Assembly (NCBI GenBank): GCA_964016885.1
Contig: OZ024740.1
Span: 220,472,001-220,536,000 of the forward strand
DNA from: Eledone cirrhosa
Taxonomy: Eukaryota
Length of the DNA: 64,000 nt
Reading direction: 5' to 3'
Shown here: positions 22,101 through 35,400 of the stretch, piece by piece
Layout: each line of letters begins with the position of its first letter
How positions within the stretch are numbered: the stretch's first letter is position 1
Position numbers and translations under genes: made by a program
The notes under the pieces: model-generated
Databases searched by the model: none
The model's input: the letters and a program-made list of their open reading frames with translations, nothing else
Told to the model about the DNA's origin: nothing

Positions 22101-25100
22101 CATGTTGGTTCTCTTGCTTTCACTGAAGAAAAAAAAACAGTTGATATTTAAACCTGTTGTTGCCATGTTTCTAATTAGACACTGTCTATAATTTTTAAAC
22201 CATTTTGAAAATAATCAAGAATTTGGAAGGGTTCTGTAATACAAATAACTTTCCTCATTATTAAGCTAGTGTTTCGAACATAACTTAAAGATTCTTACAT
22301 AAAATTATGTAATTATTTTTTTTAGATATAAATATAAACACTTTAAAACAGAGTTTTGTATCATAGAACAAGAGGTGGTTCCAAGCAGTTTGGCATCAAT
22401 AGGATTAAGAATTAACTATTTGAACAACTTACCATCAGGCAGAAGTAAACAAATAACAAACATTGCGAAGGAAACAAAAAATACTGCTGGCAACTGAAAA
22501 AAAAAAGAAAGAAAAATCAAAACATTAGGAAATCATCATCATTATTTTTTAACATCTATTTTACATGCTAACATATAGTTTAAAACACTAGTTCTTCATA
22601 TTCACTGATAAAAACGGAATAAAAGCAAGTTTTCAATTAACAAGTGTTGGCACTATGATAAAAAGTAGCCAGTACACTCTGTAAAATAGCAGTACTAGTA
22701 CCACAATAAAAATGCACCTATTATGCTCTGTAAAGTGACAGTGCTATTGGATGCCATGATAAAATACATCCAGTACATTCTATAAAGAGGCAGTGCTGAT
22801 GCTACGACAAAATGCACTCAAAATGCTCTGTAAAGAGATAGTACTGGTACCATGATAAACACACCCAGGAAACTTTATAAAGCAGTTGGCGCTTGGAAGA
22901 GCATTCAGCCATAGAAATCATGCCAAAATATGGAACATAAGAGCAAAACATGGTTTTCCAACCTGCCTACTCTCAGACTGTGACAACCCATCACCTTATA
23001 ACAACATAGAAAACATGTATAAGGATGATGATGAATGGTGTAGTTAGAATGGAGACAACTGTAGAAAAAAATTCATTAAACAGGAAATGATAATTTGTTG
23101 GCATTAAGAACAAAGAACTTCAGTGTAGTCTATTGAATTAATATTATTATCTTACAAGTACCCTTTTCTGCATCAAGTCATTTCTACAGCTGAGTAAACT
23201 GGAACAATGTGAAATAAGGTGTCTTCTTCAAGGACACAACACACTGCCCAGTATGGAAATCAAACTCACAACCTCATGATTGTAATCCCAACACTCTAAC
23301 CACTAAGGCCTGTGCCGTCACACATACACATATTTTCATGACTTTACACCTGCTTTCCATACTTGCAATACAAACATACACACACACATGTGTATATATA
23401 TCATCATCATCATTTTACGTCCACTTTTTCCCTGCTTGCAAGGGTGGGACGGGAACTGATTCTGGCTTGATTTCTACAGCTGGATGCCCTTCCTAACACC
23501 AACCTCATTTACAGTGAGTGCTGGGTGCTTTTTTGCCGTGGCACCTCCACGACCACTTTGCAGTGGAGTGATATGGACCCCAGTCCCTATCATCTCATTT
23601 CTACAGCTGAGTAAACTGGAGCAATGTGAAATAAAGTGTCTTGCTCAAGGAAACAACACATCACCCGGTCTGAGAATTGAACTCACACCCTTTCGATTGC
23701 AAGGCCAATGCTCTAACCACTAAGTCATATGCCTCCATATATATATAATGTAGCAGGTTATTATGAGACACCAGCCAATAAAATGTTCTGGGCCCACGCG
23801 TCAGAATCCTGCATTTTATGTCCTTCCCTATGTACCATCACAACTGACAACGTCAATGACCATCACGCAAGAACTGGTCATGACTACAGCAGGACATGTA
23901 CTAGAAGGTGTTATCACACCACAGGATGTTTTGTGACAATGCTTTATAGCTGGATGTCACTTTTGATGACAATTTCCCTGCAAAAGCAGGGATCAATCAT
24001 TCACTATTTTACTTTTATCTAGAATCCATAATGGTTTTTGTTTATTGATAGTTTTAAACTGCAGTGTGAATTTCAATCCCCCGAAGGAAGTATCCCTGTA
24101 ATAATTGACCACAGAAATTTAACTTTAAACCAGCCTTCTATATGTCATGTATATATAAGTATATATTTTACTTAAAAATGTGGGTATATATTTATAATGA
24201 AGAAAGGAGCTTTATTGAAAACAGTTCATACCAGTAATTACACCAAAATACCACTAGTGATGTTTGTGTGTCTCTCAAACACACAGACATATATACAATA
24301 CACAACCAAACTGAAAAGTCAATAGATGAAATAATTGAGATAGTTAAATAAATAAGTTATAAAGTTCAGAGTGGTTATCTATTTATGTACCACAGTCAGG
24401 ACTAAGTTTAAAAAAAAAAGACTTTCTTTGAGGTCCTCTAACAAATGACTTCAATGGACATGTTGGTCAACACCTGGATGGCTGCTATGAGATTTTTTGT
24501 ATTGAAAATGCTAAATGGTAATTATACTAACTACTACAAGGGAGCCCTCTCACAAACCAAACCAATGTAGTAATATAGTAATAATAATAAATTTGAAGAC
24601 TAAAATCCAAAGAGAGCTCAATAAGGACAAATATATATCATATATATAAGAACCGTAGAGCAAATATTTATTAAAATAACAGATTAAAGTTTAAGCAAAG
24701 AATCGCTGCTTTCACCCTTAACGGGATCTTCTGAAGATCCCGTTAAGGGTGAAAGCAGCGATTCTTTGCTTAAGCTTTAATCTGTTATTTTAATAAATAT
24801 ATATATATATTTAATTAGAAAGTGAACAACACAATATATAACTATGATCCAGACATATTAATATTGTCTAGGGTCCCGAAACCTTTGGTAATGGAGTAGT
24901 TATATATTGTTTACTTTCTAATTAAATAGCTCTGTTCTATACATAGAGCACTCTTTTTTCCTTTGCTTTTCCTTCGGAATTACCTAACATATATATATAT
25001 ATATAAAAACAAAATTTAGATCGAATATTGAGTTTTGAAACGCGAGTGTATTAAAATTTGTAGGAAAATGAAAAAACTCGGTGTAAGGAAGCTGTTAAAA

Positions 25101-26398
25101 CAACAAAATGCCGTTGAAGTGGCGTTGGGTAAAACATTACCTAGAAGGACAGAAATCAGCGGTTTGATGTGAGTTGACTCAAAGAAATGATAGGAAGAAA
25201 GAAATAGAATGGATGAGAAGGGATCACAAACATTAAAATACACTCATCAGATCTCAGGCCCCCTGCAGTTTCAATGATTTACCTAGACACAGGAAGACAT
25301 AGAAAAGATAAAGGTGGACCTGACTCAACTAAACCCTCCAATAGGGATGACACAGGATCAAGTCCTCTGGTATTACAATGTTCAACAAAAAACCTGTGTC
25401 GACAACTCAACACTAGACTCGGCCCAAAACGGCACCATCCAGACCCCCACACTGCAAACAAAGTTGACGGTAGGCCTATGAGATTAATCACGGTCATCCA
25501 GTGCGGGGCTCCAGAAGTATGATTCTGCTGAGTGAAGGGTTTGGTGTGGCCAACAGGCCTGTCCCTCCTCATAGCGGTCACATCCAGTTGCGGGCTCCGA
25601 TGCTGTGGTTTCACTAGTGCACAGCTCCGAAACTGTGGTGCGGCTGTGAGAAGGGTTGGGCAGGGCCAATTAGCCTGTCCCTCCTCATAGTGGTGTCATC
25701 TAGTGTTGGGCTCCGAAACTGTGGTTCCGCTGTGGCCAACCGGCCAGTCTCTCCTCATGGTGGAATCACATGGCATCTAACAGCTGAACTGAGGGTCCGC
25801 TGTGTGAAGGGTTCAGCTGTGCGATGGGTTTAGAACAGCCAACTGGCCTGTCCCTCCTCATAGCGTGCCATCCAGTACCAGGCCCTAAAACGATGGCTAT
25901 GCTGTGAGATAGGTTAGGCTCCTTGTATCGGTGCCATCCAGCATCAGGCTCCAAGCTGTGGTTCCACACCTGTCCCTCCTGGGGTCATCCAGTACCGGGC
26001 TCTAAAACTATGGTAACAACTTGAGATGGGTTTGGCACAGCTGACTGGTCTGTCCCTCCTCATAACAGTGCCATCTAGTACTGGCCCCAAAACTATGGCT
26101 ACACTGTGAGATGGGCTTAGGCTCCTCGTATCGGTGCCATCCAGTACTGGGCTCCAAAACTATGGTCCGGTGCAACCAATTGGTCTGCCCCTCCTAATAA
26201 CAGAGCGATCTATTTCCACACTGTAAATGTGGTTGGTGTTAGGAAGGGCATTCAGCTGTAAAATACCTGGCCAAATTTACAGTCCTCATCGGAGCAAGGT
26301 ACAGTGTGGTCAACTCTGGCCAGACTTGCTTCCTGGCGTGGATGACCCGTCTAACCCATGCAAGCATGGAAAGATGGATGCTAAACAGTGATGAAGAT

Positions 26399-26451
<53 letters not shown>

Positions 26452-29400
26452 AGCCGTGTGTATCCCAGTTTTTAAAATAGGTACACCATATCCCTGCATG
26501 TCCTGAGAAGGCACTAAAAGAGTGGTTGGTGTCAGGAAGGGCATCTAGTTGTAAAACATTGTCTCAAACCATTCCATCAAAACCCATGCCAGTATGGAGA
26601 AGTGGATGTAAAAACGATGATGATGATTTTATATATATATACACTAGCAGCAGGACCCGGCATTGCACTGGGTAGGAAACATGAAATAGCAACACGCATA
26701 TGCAAAAATTGAGGAATGTAGCTGTGTACTTTTTGAATTCCCTTATTCTCAGGGAATGATTGAGGAGTTAATCATTCTCAGGGAATGATTGAGGAGTCAA
26801 TTGTGTGGAAATCAAGTAGGGATGTACGTTTAAGTAGGGATATTGAGATGACGAAATCAGCGTAGCAACGCAGCTGCAGCAGAAGGGGGTCATAGTGCAA
26901 TTAGCATAAACGCTGGGCGGCACTGGTTGCATTGCATTTACACAGCAACAAAGGTGCAAGAAAAGGGGTCACCGCGGAATTAGCACAACTGCCGTTTCGG
27001 CGTACTTGCGCAGGGCGTTCATACTGCAGTGTAGGTGCAACAAAAGGGGTCTTAGTAGAAGTAGCACAGATGTGAGTTTTACGGTGTCAATAACACAGCA
27101 ACGTTCAGAGGGCCCGGATTTGCGTATAATGAAAGCATAAAGCATCAACAGGGTGCTGACAAAAATTTTAAGGTCTCCCTCATTTCCTCAATCCCCTGAA
27201 AATGGTCCTGCTTAAAAGTAAGCAAGTGTTGTGTCCTCTGTTAAATAAACCAAATTTTTAACGAAATATTATACGCTACTTATGATGTTTAAGTAGCATT
27301 TATATTGAAAATGAAAATGGCATGTAATGCCCAATGCTAATTTGTAAATTTCCTAGAAACCATTAATGGAATCGGAAATATTTTTTGTCCCCAGCAATGC
27401 AAGGGAACTAACTAATGTATGCTGCAAATTTCGAGGAAATCGGCTTGATTATCTTTAAGTTATGCCTCAAAAAAGCCTAAAAAATGCGGTTTTTAGCCCA
27501 TTGCACTTCAAGAAATATAAGTAACGCATGTGTAAAGTTTGAAAAACAACGGTCAGGTACTTCTCGAGTTTTAGGGATTTACACAGACAGACAGACATCC
27601 TCTGTTTTATATATATATATATAAATTCAAGGCAAATAATTTAAATTGAAGGTAAATTTCTTTTTAATCAATATATATTCAAGAAGAAAAAATTATATCT
27701 CTAAAGACATGAAGCCTTTAAAATCCTGATCTTTTTTTATAACCTTTAATGAGAGCTGAATGTGTATTAAACAAAAAACTTACTGCGTAGAATTTCCAAT
27801 CTCGATCTGTCACTAAAGGAGAGGGTTTTGTAATACCTTCTTGTTCTTCAACAAGATAATTTCCAAGGAACAAATCAATAGAATCCTGAAATTTAAAAAT
27901 AATTGTTATAATTACTAATAATTGCAATGCTTAAGGAATAGTAATTGCCTGAATGAAAGCAAATAAATTAATGATCTCAACAAAATTGGAGAACACTTTC
28001 TCTCTAACATTCATACTTTTACACTTTTCATTCAATTACGTTGACTTTTTGTCGTCCTCTATCATTAGTATTCCTATGATTCACCCTCTGGGTTATGTTG
28101 TCTTGAATGAACTGAGAAAGCTAAGCAGTGAATGTTCTTTGGCATTGGAAGATTCAAGAGTCTTACTAGCGCTTGTACCATGATAAAATACATCCATCAT
28201 CGTCACCATTTAACGTCCATTTCCCCCACACTAACATGGGTTAGATGAGTTGTCCCGTTGTGAGACAAGCCAAGTCAGATGACTGTGTCTTGCTCATACA
28301 GAACTGATTTTGGCTTGGCTTCGACAGCTGGATGCCCTTCCTAATGCCAACCACATTTACAGTGTGTACTGGGTGCTTTTTGTGGTGACACTTACATGAC
28401 CATTTTACAGTGTAGGCTGGGCGCTTTTTGTCGAGACACCTACACTTTACAGTGTAGGCTTTTTTGTTGTCACTAACATGACTACTTTACAGTATGCACT
28501 GTAAAATAGTTGGTGACCAAACAAAGACAGTGCAGAGTTGAGAGGAGCCATTAGTGTTGTCAAGAACATATAGAATGCACTCAGGATACACTTGTTTAAG
28601 TGGTTGGTATTAAGAAGGTCATCCAGCTAAAAAAATGGTGTAAAAAATGGAATGTTACCAGCAAAATGTGGTCCTCTGATACATCTAAAAGGGCAGTAAC
28701 TATGAAGAAGAATTAACTTCGAACATGACAATCTTTCCAACCTATGCCAACATGGAACAGTGATAACAGCGATGCTGATGATACAGGAAAGCAATACTTC
28801 AGCTACTAAACAATCAGGATGCTCTGGTATTGACACTCCTGGTTTCATTGTCTTCATTGTGTATTTGGTAGCTACCAAATAAAGTTTGATTTTGTATGTT
28901 AGTGCCACCAGTCATACAATAGCTATAAACTTCAACCAACACAAAATGATATCCAGATATTTGCACAGATGTCTTTTTTCATTGATTATGTAAGTTGATG
29001 AAAACGGCTTTGCATACAATCATGGCTGCTTAGGGTCCAGGGAGGGTGGAATTCAACATAATATATAGTATGTAATGAGAACAAACAAGCAATTGAGTGA
29101 AATTATTGGGTGGTTGGTGATAATACAGGCAAACCAAATATTTGCCAAGAACTAGAAAAGTTAATACCACACAGCTGTCCAACCAATGTATATACAGAAT
29201 ATTAAAATATGTATTAAAAATACTGTAGTTTTTTAGTACTTTATACTGGTTGGAGAGTGTAGAAATTTATTTCTAAGTAAAAAAGTGGTAGTAACTTTAA
29301 AGTTTTCGCTTCAAAGATGATGATGATGATAATGTTTTTTTTCAAAATAGCTGTGAATTTTTTTTTATAATTTACCTAAAGTAAATACAGTGATAAGAAA

Positions 29401-32400
29401 CATCTAGATCAGCTGTGGGCAAAATGCAGCATGCGAACTGCACGTGGCATGTTTGGCTTTCTAAATAGCATGCTTAATTTCAAAATTGCCTTGAATTTTT
29501 TAGTAGTGCGGCCTGCCTTATGATGAACCACATTCTATGTGGCCCAACACTAAAAAAAGGTAGCCCATGCCTGATCTCGATAAATGGAATTACACACCAT
29601 CACTTTAATGTCTGATTTTTCCATGATGGCATGGTATAAGGTAGGTATGGTCCCGTAACTCCTGAAGAAGTTGTAGGAGCACTGAAGTGATATACAGCAT
29701 TTCTTGGGCATTTTAAGCCTGGCAGAGCCCATCCCTCTCTAGGCATGAGTATAGCATATTTCTTCCAGAGAGGGAGAGAAAGTGATAGAGAGGAAGTGAG
29801 AAAGAGATACACAGGATGAATCGACGCCAGTACTTGACTGGTACTTTTATTATTGACCTCAGAGAGCAGAAATCTGAAATGAATACCGCAAAGCACTCTA
29901 TCCAATGTTCTAATGACTCTGCCAATTCACTGCCTTTCATGATGGCATGAGTGACATGGATATTATACACCATTTGCCTACACATTCTCAATATATATCA
30001 TGTCATCTATGTCCAATTGAAAGTATCTCTTCCTTCAGCTGAATTATGTGTCCCATATCAAAAATGTCTTTCATTTTGAGTTGTTTCCTTAACTAATTTC
30101 CACATACATCTCAAGCTCCACTTTATCTTTAATCGCTGTTGATATTCTATATTCACTACTAATCCTATTGTTGGCCACTATTTTCTCTTCCTCAGGACCC
30201 CATCTCACTTGTTGCAAAGCTTGGATGACTCCACAAGGGTTGCCTATAGGAAATGTATATTTTTAGTTGTGATAATATGTTCAATGAAAAAGGTATGTGT
30301 GATGTCATGGATGTAGACCTTTCACTGAAGGAAAAGTTTCAAATGTATGTTTGGGTTTTTGTGAAGCAGGTATGGATGGAAGAAAGTATGTTTTGGGTCC
30401 AGTGTGAGCTGAGTGTGTATATGTAGTATTAGTTCAGCTGTGTTGGTATCTGCTGGGGATCTCCCACCTACCAGTACCACCACCATCACTATTTCAGTTT
30501 ACTATATTGCAGTGTTCATGAATGTTGTTTGTTCAAGGTATTAACCCTTTCCTGTACTAGACTGTATTGTTCTGTTTATTGCGGTTGTTTGGCAAGTCTA
30601 TGGTTCACTAGAATATGATTGTTTTGTTTTAGACAACAGCTGTTGTATAGATGTGTTTGCCATATATCTGCTTTGTGTTGATGTATAGTCTTTTTCTTGT
30701 TTAGTATCAGTAGTGTGAATGTTTGTGAAATTGACTTAATCACAAACAAAAAAAGGAACTCATATGAAATAAGCAAATACACTAACAACATTTTAATAAT
30801 CAATAGCATTACAAATTCCTGAAAACAAATAATAGCAACATATACCATGAAATCAATGCAGAAGCATAACAGAGCTACAAAATATAACAATCAAGGCAAA
30901 CTTAAATGCTTCACTACTCCCCAACAAAAAAAACTTTCATCACACTGAAGATACATAAAGCAACAATTTTGAGGTCACACCCAAATGTAGGCTCGTTAGC
31001 TCAGCCAAAAATAATTTAGGTGAAGGATTTAAAACAATCTTAGATATAGCAATCTATACATTTGAAATACTCTGATAGCTATCAAATGCCTCAATGACAT
31101 TGAAAAAAAGAAAAAAGATAAATGCAAATTTATATAATTCACCAAAACATACTGAAACACCAGAAACAGCAATGACAAAAAGTACTCAGCCCATGCTGTA
31201 AAGTGGTCATGTAGGTGCCACAACAAAAAGCATCAAGCCCACACTATAAAGTGGTCATGTAGGTGGCACGACAAAAAGCACCCTGTCTACACTGTAAAAT
31301 GGTCATGTAGGTGTCATGATAAAAAGTACCCAGTCCACACTGTAAATGTTGTTGGCATTAGGAAGCGCATCCAGCCATAGAAACCAAACTAAAATCAGTT
31401 CTGTATGAGCAAGACACGGTCACCTGATCTAGCTTGTCTCACAACAAAACAATTCATTTAACCCATGCTAGCATGGAAAAATGGACGTTAAATGGTGATG
31501 ATGATGATGATGATGATGCCAGGAGATTTATTCAATTTCATAAGAATACTTACTACATTAAAAAAGATGGAATCAACAATTCTGATGTCATTATGAGTAA
31601 CTTTGATGAAACTAATTTCTGTGAACTAGTAAGATTGTTCTGGCTCAGCGAAAAAAAGTGTTATGAGATTAAGGTGAGTCTGTAGAAGAGAAGGAGCTTA
31701 TGATTTTGAATAGCATGAGTGATAATATACTGTTCATCCCATGAACTGAATAACAACATTCAACAAACTCTGTCTGAGGGTAGAAATCAAAGTGAACTTT
31801 CCAATGGTAAGGTTACAGTAGTAGCACTGCTCCAGAAGTGGGAGCTGTATTCCAATACGAGTTCTAGTTGAATTTTGTATAGCAGAGAGTGAGTAATTGA
31901 TAAGAGCTGATGTATGTTGACCCTGAAGATGAAGGCTAGTTTTTGGGAGCTAAGTTACGTATGTGAGGTAACCAGGAAAGATGTCCAGAAATGTGTAGCC
32001 TCTTTGAGGAATATAAATGCATGTTGTCTAAAACTAGCAAGGGTGAGGAAGATTGTATAAAAACAAGCATCACAAAACATATTTGCACTCTGATCAGCAA
32101 ATACTTACTGAAAAGGCACAAGTTCCACCAGCTGTTCAATAAGCACAACATAAAGGGGAGTGAAAGCTGCATGCAGAACATTGGGTTGTTTTAGAGGAAG
32201 TGGCTGTTACCATTGTCTTTGCATGCCTTTTGAATGGGATCATTGTAGTTAACATTCCTCTTGAAGTTGATGGCAACAGCAAAATAATGTGTGTAGAATA
32301 GGAATTCTAGAAAGATGACGTTTTGGGGAGGAAGAATTGAGTGTAGTGATTAGTGTGGCACCTGGGAGGAACACACACACATTCAATATGGGTGATGAGA

Positions 32401-35400
32401 AGAGAGATGAGTGAGTTGCGATTGTCTCAGTGAAAGTGGCATGAGACCAGCCAAATTGCAAGGAGCAGAGGACACGGTAGTAGCAGTAGAATAGGCAGAG
32501 AGAAGACACAGCAATGCAAAGATAGTTATCCAACAATGAAAATTGCTGACATGCAAAAGCAAATGCCTAAAATGAAAGCATTATATACCGTGCCAACGTC
32601 TCCACTAATAAATATATCAACCAGCTACATATGCCACATAGAGAACTTATTCATAAGTTGCCTACACCAGTACAACTGCCATTGACACCTGGAAAACAGC
32701 ACATCACTATCAACAAATATTTGGAGATGAAAAGATTAAAAAGGAAACCACCAGTATTACATGAGCAATACTAGGCACCAACATGTAGGAATGGATTGAA
32801 ATATTATGACCTCTTCATAGCATTCACCACCTAAATCTAATTATAAACAAAAGAAATACAAAAATTTCAACCAGCCAACACATGCCTAAATTTTCCCTCA
32901 AGAACTTTGTCAAATTTTCAATATAATGATTGATTTAACTCCTTGTGTTTTTTTTATTAGTTGGATGATGGCGAGTATATGGTTGCTAGTGGGAAAGCTG
33001 TTTCTGGAGCCTGTTGCTGTGTTGTAAGTTCAGAATTTGAGAAGCTTCTTTACAAGATATCGAAAACATGAATTATTTTACTGGTTTCATTTACTGTGTA
33101 CATATAGGGGCATCATTTTCAAGGATAATGCATCCAACCCACACTATAAAGTGGTCGTGTGGGTGTCACGACAAAAAGCACCCAGTCCACACTGTAAATG
33201 TGGTTGGCGTTAGGAAGGGCATCCAGCTGCAGAAACCCAGCCAGAAACATTCTATATGAGAAAGATACGATCACCTGACCCAACTTGCCTCTAATGGGAC
33301 AACCCGTCTAACCCATGCTAATGTGGAAAATGGATGTTAAATGATGATGATAGTTATATCATCCATAGTATTCTTGCTAAACTGTGGTCTTCAGAACATG
33401 TTATATTGTCTTTGTAGTAGTTTACCATTTACTTGTAATTCAATTTTTTCACCATTAATCATTTCACAACCACATTTCTAATGAAGTGCATTCTATTTTA
33501 ATTAATGAAGAATTTTAAGGGATTTATTAAAATCATTAATTATTTCATTACTAAGATAGTAACTTAATATAAAATGAAGATTTCAATTTAACTTGGAAAC
33601 CTTTAAAATAGGTGGTTTTATTTCATAGAACCAGAGCCAGTTTTGGCCAGGTTGGTAACAAAAGGGTTAAGGCCTTTTAAAGCTAAAATGTTGACTAAAT
33701 TTATATTTTTCTATCGTCTGCATTGTTCAGTGATATTTCAACACTTAAGCAACAAGACTTCAAATAGACTATAAGATCATTTGAAAAATAAAAAAAAAAT
33801 CAATTACCTGTCGAAATCCATCTTTAAAATTGTTCTTGAAATAACGAATTAGTGAATTTAAACCATCCATCATCAAGCCAGATCTAGTTCGTTTACCAGT
33901 CCTATTAATAAATAAAATATCATAGAAAAAAAATCATTAAATGATCATAGTAAATGTAGAAGTAACAAGATGTGTTGCCTAGAAGCTTGGATAAGTATAA
34001 GACAAAGGAAACTGGACATGTCATTATAATTATTCTTTATAAAACATTTGCTGTTAGTACTTATATCAAAGATATTAATGAACACATTAAGAAATGATTA
34101 ATTAGCTTGAATAATGAATTACATTTTACATACCGAGTGAAGTCTGTTTTTAATGCACCAGTGCCAGCATACTGCTTTGATAAAATATCGGCATTGTCAG
34201 CCCACACTAAAATAGAGAAATAATGATTTATTTATATAAATATTTACTTCATTATAAATTACACATAATAAGCAATAGATATGGAAATAATTAAATAACA
34301 TGTTTTCCTATATGACAGTCTAGTATCATTTAACAAAACCAAAATGAAAATTTAACTTATTTTAAGGAACAAAACCTAAAAAAAAAACATACCAAAGTTC
34401 CATGACTCCCAAATTAAAGGACCTATCTTTGGGCTCAACAAATCTAATGATCTTTCTGAAAGCCACATAAAATATAGCCAAAGAAATGTTTCCCCACTGA
34501 GCAGCTATACATATATTTATTACAATGAATCTTGAAGTATTTGGAAGAAAACCTTTAAGATCTATAGAGATGACAGGACATCATAGTTTGAAACTGAACC
34601 AGCTGGGCAAGAAATTTATGAAAGTTTTTACAGATTAACATAGGTTTAAAAGTAAAATTAAAGCTAAAACCACAACTAATAATTTTCCTCAACATTACAC
34701 TACATTTTTCCACAACAAAATAGCATCCATACTAAAAATCAAAACAACTAAACAATAGGCAACTAACATATAAAAAAACTTCAATCACACATGGAGCCAT
34801 GCCAATTTGCCACTTAGCTCCCTAAACTTCTTCCATCCTGTCCTTATTCTGGCTACTATTCTCTCAGAGCACCCTCCTCCATTGCTCATTAGATCACCAA
34901 GGTAGGAGAAGCTATCAACCACTTCTTTCGATCCTTCTTGGTATTGGAAAAGGTTTATATCTCTGACCCTCTTACTAACAATTACCCCTGTACATCAAAT
35001 ACACACCAAGTCTGTTTTTCCTGTTAGTTCACCTGCTATCCCACTGCACCTAGTGTGTACCTAAGATTTGCATTTGTGCATCATATACAGTTTCTGCCTA
35101 CCCCTTTACATATCAAATAGAGCCATTTTCCTGATGGGATCAGGGTTCTGTCTTCTTTCCTACTTACTTAGACTTTAGTTTTTGCTAAGTTCACTCTCAG
35201 CCTTTTTGATTCTAAGTTCTGTTTCCACAGCTGGAACTTATTTTCTAGTTCTTCCACGGATTTGGTTATAAGAATCCAATCATCAGCATACAGAAGTTCT
35301 CATAGGCAACCAATCATAAACACTTCTATTATGACCTGGAGAACTATAATAAACAGAATAATGTTGAGGACCGAGCCCTAATGCACTTTGTCAATTCAAA

